A stretch of 64,000 nucleotides of DNA from an uncultured Nitrososphaeraceae archaeon (GTDB lineage: Archaea > Thermoproteota > Nitrososphaeria > Nitrososphaerales > Nitrososphaeraceae): NCBI GenBank assembly GCA_963729045.1, contig CAVSMN010000021.1, positions 64,001-128,000 of the forward strand, given 5' to 3'. The notes beneath the pieces were generated by a model. It was not told the origin of the DNA. It ran no database searches and was given only the letters and a program-made list of their open reading frames with translations. Position 1 is the stretch's first letter, and each line of letters starts with the position of its first letter. Both the position numbers and the translations under genes were made by a program. Positions 37,420-49,380 of this stretch are shown piece by piece.

Positions 37420-38616
37420 CTAATTCCAGTCAGGTGTTATTGTGTTTTCCATAGGTTTCTCCTTTAAGATAAAAGCCGTAGTTGCAAGGACATTTTTTAG
37501 GGCCCATTGAACAAACTCCTCTGAACCTATTGGTATTGGAGCATCAGCTTCAACATATGATATTCCCCTGTTGTCTAATTCTTCTTTGACAGCTTCATAT
37601 CCCATTCCTCCTGTTGCCAGAACAAGGACCACTCTATCTGCATTGTGTGCGGCTAATTTCTCTTCTATTTTGTCGGCTGCTGCAGGTACTGCTGTTTCCA
37701 TTAAATCTGGCCAGTCTTCTCTTGCCGTGACTCCAAAGGCATCAGCATAGCCTATCTTTTGCTGAACATATTTAGCAGAACTTGTTAGCTCCTCTATTTG
37801 AGCCATATCATTCAGGTCAGATCTTGCGCCATGACCAACATTTACAAATATTTCGTTGGATGGGCTTCCATCATTTTCAGAGTTTGACTTTTCTGCTATT
37901 TTGACAAATATCTCTCTTAAAATTCTGTCATCAGGACTAGCTGGTCTTGAGAAGATATGTGTTGCATCACTTGTTTCGCTTGCAGGTGTTGTCATCATTC
38001 CCATATATTGACAGGTATCTGGACCCATTGGGACACCAGGACAGTATTTGAATTGTTCAATTCCTCCAAAGTATCCTCTTGTGACATTGTGGATGACAGT
38101 AGATTCTGGTCCAAACAGATCTGAATACATAAAGATAACGTATTTTACACCTCTATCATCAAGCTTTTGTAATCCTTCATCCCAATTATATGGCATATGT
38201 GTTATGATTTCGGTTGGATATCCTAGCTTTTCAAGGGCTTCCTTAATGGGTTCGGTTTTTTCTGGATCATGACTTCCTGGGTAACCTAACCCATGTGTGT
38301 AAACCAAGACACCTATTTGACCAGGTATCCCTCCCAAATTATTCCCAGAAAATGGAATTATTTCTCTGAACTTTTCTAGGATTTCAGATACATCCATATC
38401 CATAAAGTTCCCAAGATCTATCGAACCAATCTTTTGTTGCACATCATCCAGTTTCTGGTCAATTATCATCTCTGCATTGTCTATCTGTGAATTACCCAAA
38501 ATAGATAAACCCAATGAGTTGGTGCTTTGTGCAAAAACTGATGACTGAAACCCTATTATCAATAATGTCAATACGACAGTTGCACTAATAGTAACGTTAG
38601 TTTTCACAATTACCAT
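37420..38616 (-). CDS. Secreted or membrane-anchored CbiX-like (class II chelatase fold) protein
   Basis: N-terminal signal peptide; two beta-strand-HG motifs (GVLVYTHG, FVNVGHG). Confidence 0.55.
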   Translation of the reverse strand: MVIVKTNVTISATVVLTLLIIGFQSSVFAQSTNSLGLSILGNSQIDNAEMIIDQKLDDVQQKIGSIDLGNFMDMDVSEILEKFREIIPFSGNNLGGIPGQIGVLVYTHGLGYPGSHDPEKTEPIKEALEKLGYPTEIITHMPYNWDEGLQKLDDRGVKYVIFMYSDLFGPESTVIHNVTRGYFGGIEQFKYCPGVPMGPDTCQYMGMMTTPASETSDATHIFSRPASPDDRILREIFVKIAEKSNSENDGSPSNEIFVNVGHGARSDLNDMAQIEELTSSAKYVQQKIGYADAFGVTAREDWPDLMETAVPAAADKIEEKLAAHNADRVVLVLATGGMGYEAVKEELDNRGISYVEADAPIPIGSEEFVQWALKNVLATTAFILKEKPMENTITPDWN

Positions 38617-39208
38617 ACATCTAATTTAGAATATATAATCAATATACGATTCTAAATTTAGAAAGTATATTTTTTTCAAAAAAAGTCTAATAAGATAATT
38701 TAGTAAATCAATAAGGTAATATTCTATTGATGGATGTTACTGTTATTAATTGTTAATACCAATGCTAGGTATGCTTGGTAACACCAATTAGTCTAATTAA
38801 ACACCAAATTTTAACATAACTCAATTTATGTCATTTATTGTACACTTCTCCTGTCAATTCATTGTTTTTTTTAGATTCGGTTAAAAGCATTTAGTGTTCT
38901 ATAATAGTTAATCAAATTAAGTCAATAACTTTTAAAGTGAAATTGACATATTCAGATAGTTAACCATGCTATCCACGATTTGCTGAACCTTTAATTCCGT
39001 GCAAAGATCGCTATTCTCTAAATAAACAAAAAACTACCGTCACGTCTCCGATGAGCTTTCGTGATAAAAAACAAGATCTTCCGTGTTAGGGTTATTCGAT
39101 TCTCTCTAACATGTACAATATTTTTTCTGATCATAAGGTAGAATAATTTTTTAGTTTTTAGTTTGATAATCTACATATTGGTATACGTTAAGGTGGAATA
39201 TGATTGGT

Positions 39209-39482
39209 ATGTCCACAATAAAAAACAAATCAATGATCTTTGTATGGTTACTATTTTTGCAACTACATAGTTAGTTGCAGGTTCTTTGACCTCTGGATTA
39301 GACGAACAGAGTGTCTTTGCAAAAACAAAAAATCTAATAATTCTACTCAGGGAATAGGGCAAGAAACAGTAACTGGACAAGAAGCAGTCTGTGAATCTTT
39401 GGGGGATAGTTTAGCATCATGTAACAACGTTGGATTATCGTTTAACTTAAATGATGGTAACAACGCAACAGGTCAACAATAG
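39209..39482 (+). CDS. Small secreted protein: signal peptide + one Q/N-rich unit (Cys pair); indels in the leader
   Basis: Leader MSTIKNKSMIFV/…LVAGSLTSGLDEQSVFA, then NKKSNNSTQGIGQETVTGQEAVCESLGDSLASCNNVGLSFNLNDGNNATGQQ*. Confidence 0.75.
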
Positions 39483-39831
39483 ACTGCCCAACTATATCTT
39501 TTTTTATCATTTGAATTATCCTTTAGATTTTGTTAAACTGATTTCATATCCTTAATGTAGACTGTGATGCCATGCGAAAAGGAGTTTTTCCTTTTCTTTT
39601 TCAAACTCTAATACTTTCACGCCAGAATTAAGCTGTCTATAAGTGACTCGATAGAAATCAAGTTAAAAAATGTCACTTAATACATCACCACAACAAGAAA
39701 AGTCTAACCTAATTTCAAAAATTTCTTACGATTTAAGGGACATGAAATTTGGAGTACGGAGTTAGAAGATACGTCAATACAACAGATTGCAACCATAGCT
39801 TTTTACAAGAGAACCGCCCGAAGAAGAAATA

Positions 39832-40260
39832 TTATTGATTTATTGTTTCTGGTGGCTCAACAACCACATTGCCTTGCACATTAACTAAATATATAGGATC
39901 ACCATGGAGATCAAATTTTGACGTTTTAGATACCTTAGCTACCATTGGCTGTACTTTTATTTTTGCTCCATCATCGACAACATATTCATTCCAATCTTGA
40001 GTTATTATTGTATAACGAACATCATGTGTTATTGATTGTTGCAATTCGGATGGAGAATAGGCTTTGGAATCTGGTTGTTCTCTCTCATTTGATAAAACCA
40101 CAATTATATTTTGAACATCAATATTGTAAGTAGAATTTTTTTTCCGAATTTTAGTGGCTATTAATTTAATCTTTAGAATCGAGCTATCCGATAAATCATA
40201 TCGGCACCAGTCTTCCCTTGAAACCGTAAAGTCTAATGGAGGCCTTAAGAAACTATCCAT
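39832..40260 (-). CDS. Hypothetical protein with an internally duplicated domain
   Basis: EDWCRYDLSDSSILKIK and QDWNEYVVDDGAKIKVQ. Confidence 0.7.
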   Translation of the reverse strand: MDSFLRPPLDFTVSREDWCRYDLSDSSILKIKLIATKIRKKNSTYNIDVQNIIVVLSNEREQPDSKAYSPSELQQSITHDVRYTIITQDWNEYVVDDGAKIKVQPMVAKVSKTSKFDLHGDPIYLVNVQGNVVVEPPETINQ

Positions 40261-41043
40261 TCAATTTTATGGTTCTTTGGTTATTATTAAATTCAGTGTT
40301 AGATCAGATAATTTGTGGTATTGTAGGATATTTCCATCAAACCCAAGTCATTCAGCTTCTCTTTTCGCTATGTAAGCAAAAGACGGAGAACACCTTTCAG
40401 AGTATATTTATCATGGTCTGTATTTGTACTTTCTTGGTTTATCACTTAGAAATGCTGCCTAAGCATTGTCCTTTTTACAAATTGTGCCAGGGAAGCTGTG
40501 TTGCGATATGGAATTTGATATAAAAGGACAGACCTCAAAAGGTTTCTGCAAAGAGAACAAAGATTTCAAATTTCATGTTATACGAGACATTCTTAAAAGT
40601 CTACCCTGGTTAATCTGGTTATGATTTGCAATCAAATTGAGGCTCATAGGAGGGAGATTCTCGCAATTTTGCAAAAATAACCAAAGAGAGGAACATGCTC
40701 ATCCAGAGAGGTTTCTATCAGGTTTGAGCAATATTCGTAGAATACATTAAGATTCCACATATACCGTAACATGGTAACCTCAATAATGAAGGTTCTTAAA
40801 TCGTGCTCACCATATCCATTCCTCTCTGGAAAGAAGTCTGAATGAGAGAACGATGCAATACATCAAGGACAGAATTTGGATTTGATAAGTATTTTCCCAA
40901 CAGAAAAAATGAATTGTAAGTTAAAGCATATCAAATAATGTCTCAATTCATTTGCAAGTAAGCATAACAGCAAAATAACGACAACTTTACAGGTCCAGAA
41001 TTTCCTTTAGCCTTTTATATATGCAATTTAAAGTAGACATGTC

Positions 41044-42378
41044 ATGTCTTCAAACCCATCATTTTATGTGATGATTGTATTTTTAATAGCCATCATAACG
41101 AGTCCAACGATAAATTCAGTATTAGCCTCCTCATCGACCAACATGAGTACTTCTTCTAGTTATCCTAAATCCAACATTTCTCTCTCTATTCCATCTACAC
41201 CACAAAGAGATAATAATAATTTGACTTCAACATTTGCAATAACTGACCAGATAAAAACCCTCATAGATGATCGTTTAGATGAAAATAAAACTAATGCTGC
41301 AATTGTTATCGGGCTTATCGACCCCAATGGAACTCAGTTCTATGCTCAGGGTAAAATGTCCAATTCAAGTAACGCTACCGTAGACGAAAATACCGTATTT
41401 TCCATTGGTTCTAATACTAAAGTATTTACTACAATTCTATTGGCCGATTTGGTAAACAAGGGTCTGGTTAAGCTAGATGATCCTATTGAAAATTACCTTC
41501 CATCTTATGTTACTGTTCCACAATATAATGGTCATAAAATCACCATTGAAGATTTAGCTACTCATACTTCGGGATTACCTGAATTTCCTGACAATTACTG
41601 TCCATCTTTCGATCCTGAAAGAACAGGGATTCAAGATTCTGTCCAATTCCGAAAAGATTTAATGAACTGTACCAAGAACTATACATTTGACCAATTCTAT
41701 CAGGCACTTTCTAATATCACACTTTCAAGAGAACCGGGGTCAAAAGTTGAATATTCAACATTTGGTACCGGTCTACTTGGTCACATTTTGACCTTAAAAT
41801 CAAATATGTCATCTTTTGATAAACTATTAGAACATAATATTCTGAATGTGCTAGGAATGAATGACACAAGCATTGGTCTTTCAGATTCACAAAAATCTCG
41901 ATTGGCAGTGGGACACTTTAACGGCCAAGAACTCCCTACATTGAACTTTTCGAGTTCTATTGCACCAGGGGGTGGGCTTCATTCGACAGCCAGTGATATG
42001 CTAAAATTCTTGTCAGCCAATATGGGATTAATTAAAACAACCTTAGATGATGCCATGCAAGAATCACATTTAATAAGACATAGCACCGGCCAGTTATTAC
42101 CTAATAATTTACAAGCATCTGCATCAGGTAATAACAATGAGATCGGGGTTTATATCGGTTTAGGCTGGTTTGTAACTACAAACTTTGGCCATGAAATCAT
42201 TTGGCATAATGGGGCTACTATCGGTGGTTACAATGCTTATATGGCATTTAATCCTGTTACGGAGAGAGGTATTGTTATACTGTGCAGTACCGATATAGCA
42301 GATATTAATCTTACACGTATAAGTTTCGACCAGACGGATAATTTATCATCTTTAATATGGAGTTTGCTCAATCAATAA
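41044..42378 (+). CDS. Secreted serine hydrolase (beta-lactamase class C-like)
   Basis: FSIGSNTK (SxxK), LATHTSGL, YST, WHNG. Confidence 0.9.
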   Translation: MSSNPSFYVMIVFLIAIITSPTINSVLASSSTNMSTSSSYPKSNISLSIPSTPQRDNNNLTSTFAITDQIKTLIDDRLDENKTNAAIVIGLIDPNGTQFYAQGKMSNSSNATVDENTVFSIGSNTKVFTTILLADLVNKGLVKLDDPIENYLPSYVTVPQYNGHKITIEDLATHTSGLPEFPDNYCPSFDPERTGIQDSVQFRKDLMNCTKNYTFDQFYQALSNITLSREPGSKVEYSTFGTGLLGHILTLKSNMSSFDKLLEHNILNVLGMNDTSIGLSDSQKSRLAVGHFNGQELPTLNFSSSIAPGGGLHSTASDMLKFLSANMGLIKTTLDDAMQESHLIRHSTGQLLPNNLQASASGNNNEIGVYIGLGWFVTTNFGHEIIWHNGATIGGYNAYMAFNPVTERGIVILCSTDIADINLTRISFDQTDNLSSLIWSLLNQ

Positions 42379-42807
42379 ATGTAAAAAAACCACCGATTTT
42401 ATTTTTTATCCATAATTATGGTTCTTATGTAACTTTTTTTGATTTGATTTATTAATGGAAAGTTGGTTTTTTTACGATGGATTAGTCTTTTGTCCTAGTT
42501 GTCTTTCTTTGCTAACCAGATTTATTTCCTAATCTAGAACCCAAACTACCGATTCTCCAATGAAATCTGGAAAAAAGAAACTTCTGAACTAAGGGGACTT
42601 GTTACAGGAGAGAAATCTTAAATTTGATTCCTCTATGTTGTTCAACCAAACCGATAAGTTACTTGACATTCAGATCGGCAGGATGCTTAGTCTGTGTGAG
42701 TCAATTGTGAATATAGGAAAAATGGATATGGTGTTTGAAAGGTTAGTTAATTAGATAAAAAGAAAATCATTACTGACTAGCGGATAGAAGGTAGCCTAGA
42801 AGATTTT

Positions 42808-43338
42808 TCAGTAATTTTTAGGTAGGGAAATGGCGTAGTCACCATCAATTTCTTGTTTAATTATTAATCCTTGCTGTTCAAGTAAGTCAATCATTTGAAC
42901 TAAAGGTATTACACCTAATCTGTGACGATACCGTTTTTTAAGACTACTTATAGTTACAAGATCTGGATTGAGTGTCAAATCAGATAGCAAGTTTAGAAAT
43001 GATTGCGAATACTTCTCCAAATCATTTCTTGATAAAATCCCAAAGGTTTCTGGGGATACCAAATAGTGCTCTGAAACTCTATATATCCCTTCATAGATGA
43101 TGTTTAATTCGTCTTTTTCATCCCAACCAACCAATTTCTCTTGAACAAGAATAGGTAGGATATTATCCTTAAACGCTATCTCTGTTATAGGAAAATTAGT
43201 AACATCGCCTTCAATTCCCATCCAAACTCTCTCAAATTTGACTTTTTTTCGGACATCGCCATTGACAGTTTCAGCTAATCTTTTTAGGAAATTAAAAACA
43301 TGGAATTGTTCGGCATAATCTAGTTCTGAAACCTTCAT
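42808..43338 (-). CDS. Hypothetical protein (possible winged-helix elements)
   Basis: 176-aa uninterrupted ORF; IDLLEQQGLI. Confidence 0.6.
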   Translation of the reverse strand: MKVSELDYAEQFHVFNFLKRLAETVNGDVRKKVKFERVWMGIEGDVTNFPITEIAFKDNILPILVQEKLVGWDEKDELNIIYEGIYRVSEHYLVSPETFGILSRNDLEKYSQSFLNLLSDLTLNPDLVTISSLKKRYRHRLGVIPLVQMIDLLEQQGLIIKQEIDGDYAISLPKNY

Positions 43339-43616
43339 TAAAGAGTTTTTGAATTTTATTGCATTTAAAGATAAGTTAACTGCTACTGATGACTGTCCTA
43401 AAACACTGCTAACTAGATTATAGCTTTGAAGCGATTATGATTTGGTCAAGAAAACTATGACGTAGGTATGAGGGAGGTGATATTTTTTATACACCCATAT
43501 TCATGGTATCTATGTCTTTCAGAAATCAATCCTCGGTTTTTTTTACTAATAGTTCAGATGATTACTGGTTAATAGAAAAATCAGGTACCTGTAGACAATC
43601 TCTCCACATGGGTTTT

Positions 43617-43950
43617 TCATTCAAAGTCAAATAAATCATCTACTTGTCCATTTTCAACAAATTCCTTCTTATAATAATAATAGTCTGTGTTACCATTTTT
43701 GTTCAAATCTTGATTATTGGAATTCAATGGTATGTTTGATTCAAGCACCTTTGATTCTTTGGTAGCATTCTTTATTAAATACTTTATTACAGAGGCGTCA
43801 AGCCATATGCCTTTGCATCTTGGACACTCCTCTGCATATAAAAAAGACCTGAATGTTGATTTGATTTCAGAAATACACATTGGACAAATCAGGGTATTAT
43901 CACCTTGGACTACTTGTATACTGAAATGAGTTCACTCTTTTTTTTGCCAT
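43617..43950 (-). CDS. TFIIB-type zinc-ribbon protein
   Basis: CPMC…CPRCKGIWLD…DDLFDF; 5' end probably frameshifted. Confidence 0.7.
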
Positions 43951-43999
43951 GCTTAATACATTCTGACTAATTAGTCAATTATTTTATTATGAAAAATGT

Positions 44000-44765
44000 T
44001 TAGAACATTCGGGCCTTTGCGACAACCACAATTAGGCATATACCAATCACAGGTATGATAGCTGCCATCAATGACAAATTAGCTACACTCAATCCTCCAA
44101 CTATTGCTGATAAAATATAAATAATAATTACTCCGATTGAGAGCAAGAGTCCCGATTTCCTTTCGTCATTGTCCGTTAAAGTCTTTGCAGTCTGTTGACG
44201 GGTTAAACTAATTATGAGGTTAGTCCAAGTGCCTGTGATATATGTGGTCGAAATGTGAGGTACCGCTAACGCACGAACTGCTGAACTCTGTATGCCCATA
44301 GCTATTGTCGCTAACATGATGAAAAGGTATAAGACAAACCCACCAATACTTTTACCCACCATAAACCCTCCAAGTGTGAATAGGGCTAGGACTATCACCT
44401 CTACCAATAAAGCCCTGGTAACTGTTGCCGGCCAAATTTTCTTTTGAAAATCTAGATTAGGTTCCGCAAGTCTGTTACCTAGGACTATTCCACCTATGAA
44501 ACCCGTTATTGCAACAAGAGGCACTATGATATTAAGAATATTTCCAGTACTGAATCGCAAGTCCAAGAAGAACAGTATTACCTGTTAAAACAGATGCAAA
44601 AACATCGAGTCCTATAAAGCTTATAGCATCCATGAACCCCGACATAGATGCAAGAGCAACTAATAGTATGTTTCGCAAATACAAAATCTGGGATGTGGCA
44701 TCATTGACATCTGCTGGCAACTTAGATGAATCCTTTGCAGGTGTCTTATCTGAAGGGTTATTCAT
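44000..44765 (-). CDS. YoaK/DUF1275 family membrane protein (one indel)
   Basis: SGFMDAISF…FASVLTGNTVLLG; AMGIQ…STTYITGT. Confidence 0.85.
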
Positions 44766-45692
44766 GATTGTCTTCTATCATTTTATGTACTGAGAAATAA
44801 AAGAATTAAAAACGCTAGACTGTTCCATTTCATAAAATAGATACCAAAGGATAATTTTGGCTTATCTTTTATATCAGTTAATATTCAAAACATAAATCTC
44901 TCACTAAACCTGCGGGACTGTCCTCAGGATTTCTATCGAGTATTCTATATACCTGTTACTATCTTTCCATTTGTAGGATAAATTCTTACAAATAATTATT
45001 TTAGTTCATTCTAATTATTTAAACAAGAATGATCACAAGTTAGATAGTAGGTTATGCTGGTATCAAGGATTTTCAAAAGTAATGAGAAGATTCACTTTAC
45101 TCATGAACTAGGTTCATGTTTTGACCAGTTAGACCTATTGATATAGGTCATATATTCTTTCAATCGTATTTATTTGATTACATCTAGTCAGTCAGTCTAA
45201 TCTTCCAATGCAAAGAATCTGATTAGAAATCAAATTGGATTAGAAATTTTTGGAGCGGTTCAACACTGGAATCAAATATGTATCCGTCTGACTTCATGTT
45301 ATTATTAGATAAATTTATGTTATTTTTATAAATCTTATAACAAATAATTATTTTATTCGTATTGTCATAATTTAGTGATATGTTTATTTACTTTTTTGAA
45401 TAAATATGAATAACCTAGAGAATAGTAATAAGGCTACATTCATGTCATAAAGAATGTTATAGTAAGGACTATGGCAACGAAAGGTACGTCGCAAACTACT
45501 TTCTATCGTTGAAGCAATAGATTCCTTGCTAAAACTTCTGGAAAACATGAGGTTAGATCAAACAGAATGATGACGTGGTCACAAGTTTACTGATGTCTTT
45601 TTACTATTTTCTAGGAATGCATGTAGAATCACAATATATCGGAATTTTTGTACTTTATATTTGTAATATCAAATGTAAAGTAAATATAGAAA

Positions 45693-46721
45693 ATGAATAA
45701 CGATACAAGTGAAAAAGACCAGCACTATCCACTAGCTCCTGATTTGACAATACATAGGATAATCAACGGCATGTGGCAAGTCGCAGGAGGTCATGGATAT
45801 ATCGATCATGAATTGGCAATCGAGGAGATGATGAAATATCACGAAGCTGGATTCACAAGTTGGGATCTTGCCGATATTTATGGCCCAGCGGAGGATTTTA
45901 TTGGACAGTTCCGAAGTAGATTATCTAGTATAAAAGGAGAAGAAGAACTCGATAGAATCCAAGCATTAACAAAATGGGTACCGCATCCAGGAAGAATCGA
46001 ATATTCTATCGTCAAAGAAAATATTCAAAAATCACTTTCCAGAATGGGTGTAGACTCTCTTGACTTACTTCAGTTCCACTGGTGGGATTATAATAATCCA
46101 TATTACATGGATGCTCTCAGATATTTGTCAGACCTCAGAGATGAAGGCATAATCAAGCATGTAGGCCTTACAAATTTTGATACCGACCGTATGCAACTCA
46201 TGATAGATTCTGGTTTGCAGATTGTATCAAACCAAATTCAATATTCTATCATAGATCGAAGACCCGAGGTAAAAATGGTACCTTTTTGCATGGAGCATAA
46301 TATCAAACTTCTTGCCTATGGAAGCCTGTGTGGAGGGCTATTGTCAGAACGATATCTAGGGCAAATGCAAGAACCGTCTGCTACTGATCTAGATACATTA
46401 AGCCTGAGAAAATATAAGAAGATGATAGATATTTGGGGGGGATGGGGTTTATTCCAGGAACTTTTATCCGCATTGAACGAGGTAGCACAAAAGCACAATG
46501 TGAGTATTGCTAATGTAGCAACTCGATATATCCTGCAGAAACCTGCAGTCGCAGGCGCCATAATTGGTGTTAGACTTGGAATATCCGATCATAGAAATAG
46601 TAATGCCCAGGCATTTAACTTCAGTTTAGACAAGTCAGACTATGATACAATAGATGTTGTATGCACAAAGTCAAATAACTTATTTGACATGGTGGGAGAC
46701 TGTGGTGATGAGTATCGATAA
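45693..46721 (+). CDS. Aldo/keto reductase
   Basis: GMWQ, DLADIYG, DLLQFHWW, VGLTNF, SNQIQYS. Confidence 0.92.
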   Translation: MNNDTSEKDQHYPLAPDLTIHRIINGMWQVAGGHGYIDHELAIEEMMKYHEAGFTSWDLADIYGPAEDFIGQFRSRLSSIKGEEELDRIQALTKWVPHPGRIEYSIVKENIQKSLSRMGVDSLDLLQFHWWDYNNPYYMDALRYLSDLRDEGIIKHVGLTNFDTDRMQLMIDSGLQIVSNQIQYSIIDRRPEVKMVPFCMEHNIKLLAYGSLCGGLLSERYLGQMQEPSATDLDTLSLRKYKKMIDIWGGWGLFQELLSALNEVAQKHNVSIANVATRYILQKPAVAGAIIGVRLGISDHRNSNAQAFNFSLDKSDYDTIDVVCTKSNNLFDMVGDCGDEYR

Positions 46722-47586
46722 TCATCTTAAGGTAATCTATTCTTCTTAAACATCTTGGAACCTTGTACCTCTTTGAAATTAGGATACTGGTAACACTCAT
46801 TCAATGTTAATATCAGAATACTAATAATGATGCAGGTGTGGGGAAGAGGTTTTTTATTGATTTTCCACCCTTCTTATCTAAAATAGTTATTAGCATGAAT
46901 CTTGAAAACTTACACTAACTAAACCCGATTGCAATATTATGAGTCAACATACAATAGATAGTAATTTCCGGAAATAACGAATTAGATGAAATTATGATAA
47001 CAAAAAAAGTACTAGTCCTAATAGTTGTAGACATAATATCTAATACATGTTGTGGAATCGAGGGTTACGATGTGAAATTCGGTACTGCACTTAACTAGAA
47101 TCATATCTTTTGGATTTATTATTATCTATTATTTGTGTAACCCATCTAAATATCATCCAGATTTCCTCAGACTATACGTGCTATGAGGTACTCAATATTT
47201 TAACCATATGCATATAGTAACGGCCTAAATGTATGGTATCAACTAAAGTACTCTTAAATCATGAATCGATCTATAAAATCATGTCTGCGTTCATATTAAC
47301 AAAAAAAAATTGAAGCATATTTTTTATCATACACTTTTTCCCAAACGACTATACTCAAAACAAATCATATCTATTTTGAATTTGTTGGTTGTCAATAGGA
47401 TACTGATTCATCAGAGTAAATATTATCATCACCTGATGTTTATCTTAAAAGATTACTGCCGTATCATATAATTTTGACATTTCAATATGACAGGGGTTGT
47501 TGATATTTGGCCGATGAGTTAATAGTATTGAATCGAAGATTATATATCAGTAAAAGATCATATATTTATTTTAAGGCGAATAGAAT

Positions 47587-47793
47587 ACGACAAGAGTAAA
47601 ATTTTATAATAACCAACAATTATCCGATATTGAAAAAGATATTAATGAATTTCTGAAGAAAGAAGAGGTTAAACAGTTAATTGATATTAAATTTACCGCC
47701 CTTAGCAAAAACGGTATTGATGAATATACTGCAGTAATTGTTTATCAAGAGAATATGAACCCTGGTAAAGAGGATCCTCAAATGTACGAATAG
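47587..47793 (+). CDS. Cse60/DUF2758-like small protein (ACG in place of a start codon; missed by ORF track)
   Basis: TRVKFYNNQQLSDIEKDINEFLKKEEVKQLIDIKF…YTAVIVY resembles the VKxF…LExxVNxFL…IIDIKY…AxIxY pattern. Confidence 0.6.
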   Translation, partial: TTRVKFYNNQQLSDIEKDINEFLKKEEVKQLIDIKFTALSKNGIDEYTAVIVYQENMNPGKEDPQMYE

Positions 47794-48041
47794 TATTGTT
47801 ATTATCTTATACACTATCAATTTAATTGGCATTTATTACCACATGATTTTCCCAATGTTAAAACAAAATTGGTTTCAAAGTATCGATTAATTACTAAACA
47901 AAAAACACCCTCTGTAAGATTATTTTTTTTCAAATAATCTTTAGGGCTTGGAAACAAGATATCAGACGATTCTACTTTCTTATGGAGTTTCAAAAACAAT
48001 CGGACAAATCCATAATTAATGCATAATATTCACAGAAATGT

Positions 48042-48428
48042 TTACTCTTCGTACATGTGATAAACCTTGGCGATGATGTACCAGGTCCCATCAAGTTTTA
48101 TGAGCGTGTGAAAATCCGTATAATTGGCCCCAAGCGCGTCATTCTCCATGTCGACGCGCAGTACTGCCGTTGTCGGCGTAATAGCTAACACATCTATTCG
48201 TGTCTTGATGTTGGGCGCAGGGCCATTCTTCTCAACAAAGTCGTAGAGGTTCTTGATGGGCCCATGGAGTAACTTGCCATCGGGATATCCGTACATTGTG
48301 GCATCCTTATGAAAGGCCTGGGAAAGGACAGTGACGTTGCCCATGCGTAATCCTTCTACATATAAAGCTACAGTAACAACAGCATCTTCATAGTCCTGAG
48401 TAGGCACATTTTTTATATTCTTTGACAT
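48042..48428 (-). CDS. NTF2-like (putative lumazine-binding) protein
   Basis: YVEG…AFHKDATMYG…YTDFHTLIKLDGTWYIIAKVYH; locally GC-richer than flanks. Confidence 0.8.
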   Translation of the reverse strand: MSKNIKNVPTQDYEDAVVTVALYVEGLRMGNVTVLSQAFHKDATMYGYPDGKLLHGPIKNLYDFVEKNGPAPNIKTRIDVLAITPTTAVLRVDMENDALGANYTDFHTLIKLDGTWYIIAKVYHMYEE

Positions 48429-48639
48429 GGGATTTCTTTTTCAGTGGAAATGAAGTATTTCATGTAAATAAACTTACCATATATGATAAAAATTAAGAGA
48501 TTGAGAAAATCTTAGGTTAATTGATTAGGTCACGCTTGGTAGCTCGATGAGAATTACCAAATGGAGGAAGTCTTAGAATTTGTTAAATATTATTAAATAG
48601 GAAGATCTACTATATTATTCATATTCCTAAATCAAAAAA

Positions 48640-48998
48640 ATGACGATAGCAAAACGTCGGGCAAAGACAATGTCCAATCCAATAGGAAAGGGAAATATGC
48701 AACTTCCACTGAAAATCGGAGGTTAGTGTGGGAATACATCGTATGGCCACTAATTCTAAAGATTAACAGAAATTATTTTACTTCAAGTGAATACCATATA
48801 ATCAGAGACAAAGTTTCGATAGAAAAAAATATTCCTACTTCAAAGGTGTCCGGGGGACTGGTATCACTATTGCTCAAAGGAATTCTCACTCAAGACAAGA
48901 AATATTATTCAATTCATTACAAATTAATTCCCTATATGAGAATAAGATCACAGCTAAATTATGGAACTGTTTTAAGAGAAATTTGTTCTAAAAAATGA
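48640..48998 (+). CDS. Paralog of 35968-36327 (1-nt deletion at ~48690)
   Basis: MTIAKRRAKT…GKG/KYATSTENRRLVWEYIVWPLIL. Confidence 0.75.
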
Positions 48999-49380
48999 CT
49001 AAATGGGGATATACTAATGATTCTCCTATCTTTGCAAATGATTTTTACTCCTTCTCCTTTCTGCTTGTTCACTAGTCAATTATTGTCATGACCATGTTGT
49101 AATCTATTCGTATTAAGAAAAGGCTAGGGCTTGACCCTAATATATTAAAAATATATTGCAAAGTTGGTTTATCCATCCTCAGATAACAAAAATAAACTAT
49201 GAGTAAAATTATACTGTGTCACATCCAATCTCTTCCAAGTCTCATTAATACGATACCCGATGAAAAGGATATAGTGAAACTAAAATTCGTTTATGCGGAT
49301 ATATAGTTCACTTAGTGACTTTTTTTGACAATAATCTATAGGAAAAATCTTTTTATAGATTTATGGTGATAATGACATGA

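Noticed and set aside
41044..42378. Antibiotic-resistance beta-lactamase
   Set aside because: Generic SxxK serine hydrolase (YST rather than YxN); activity cannot be inferred from the sequence
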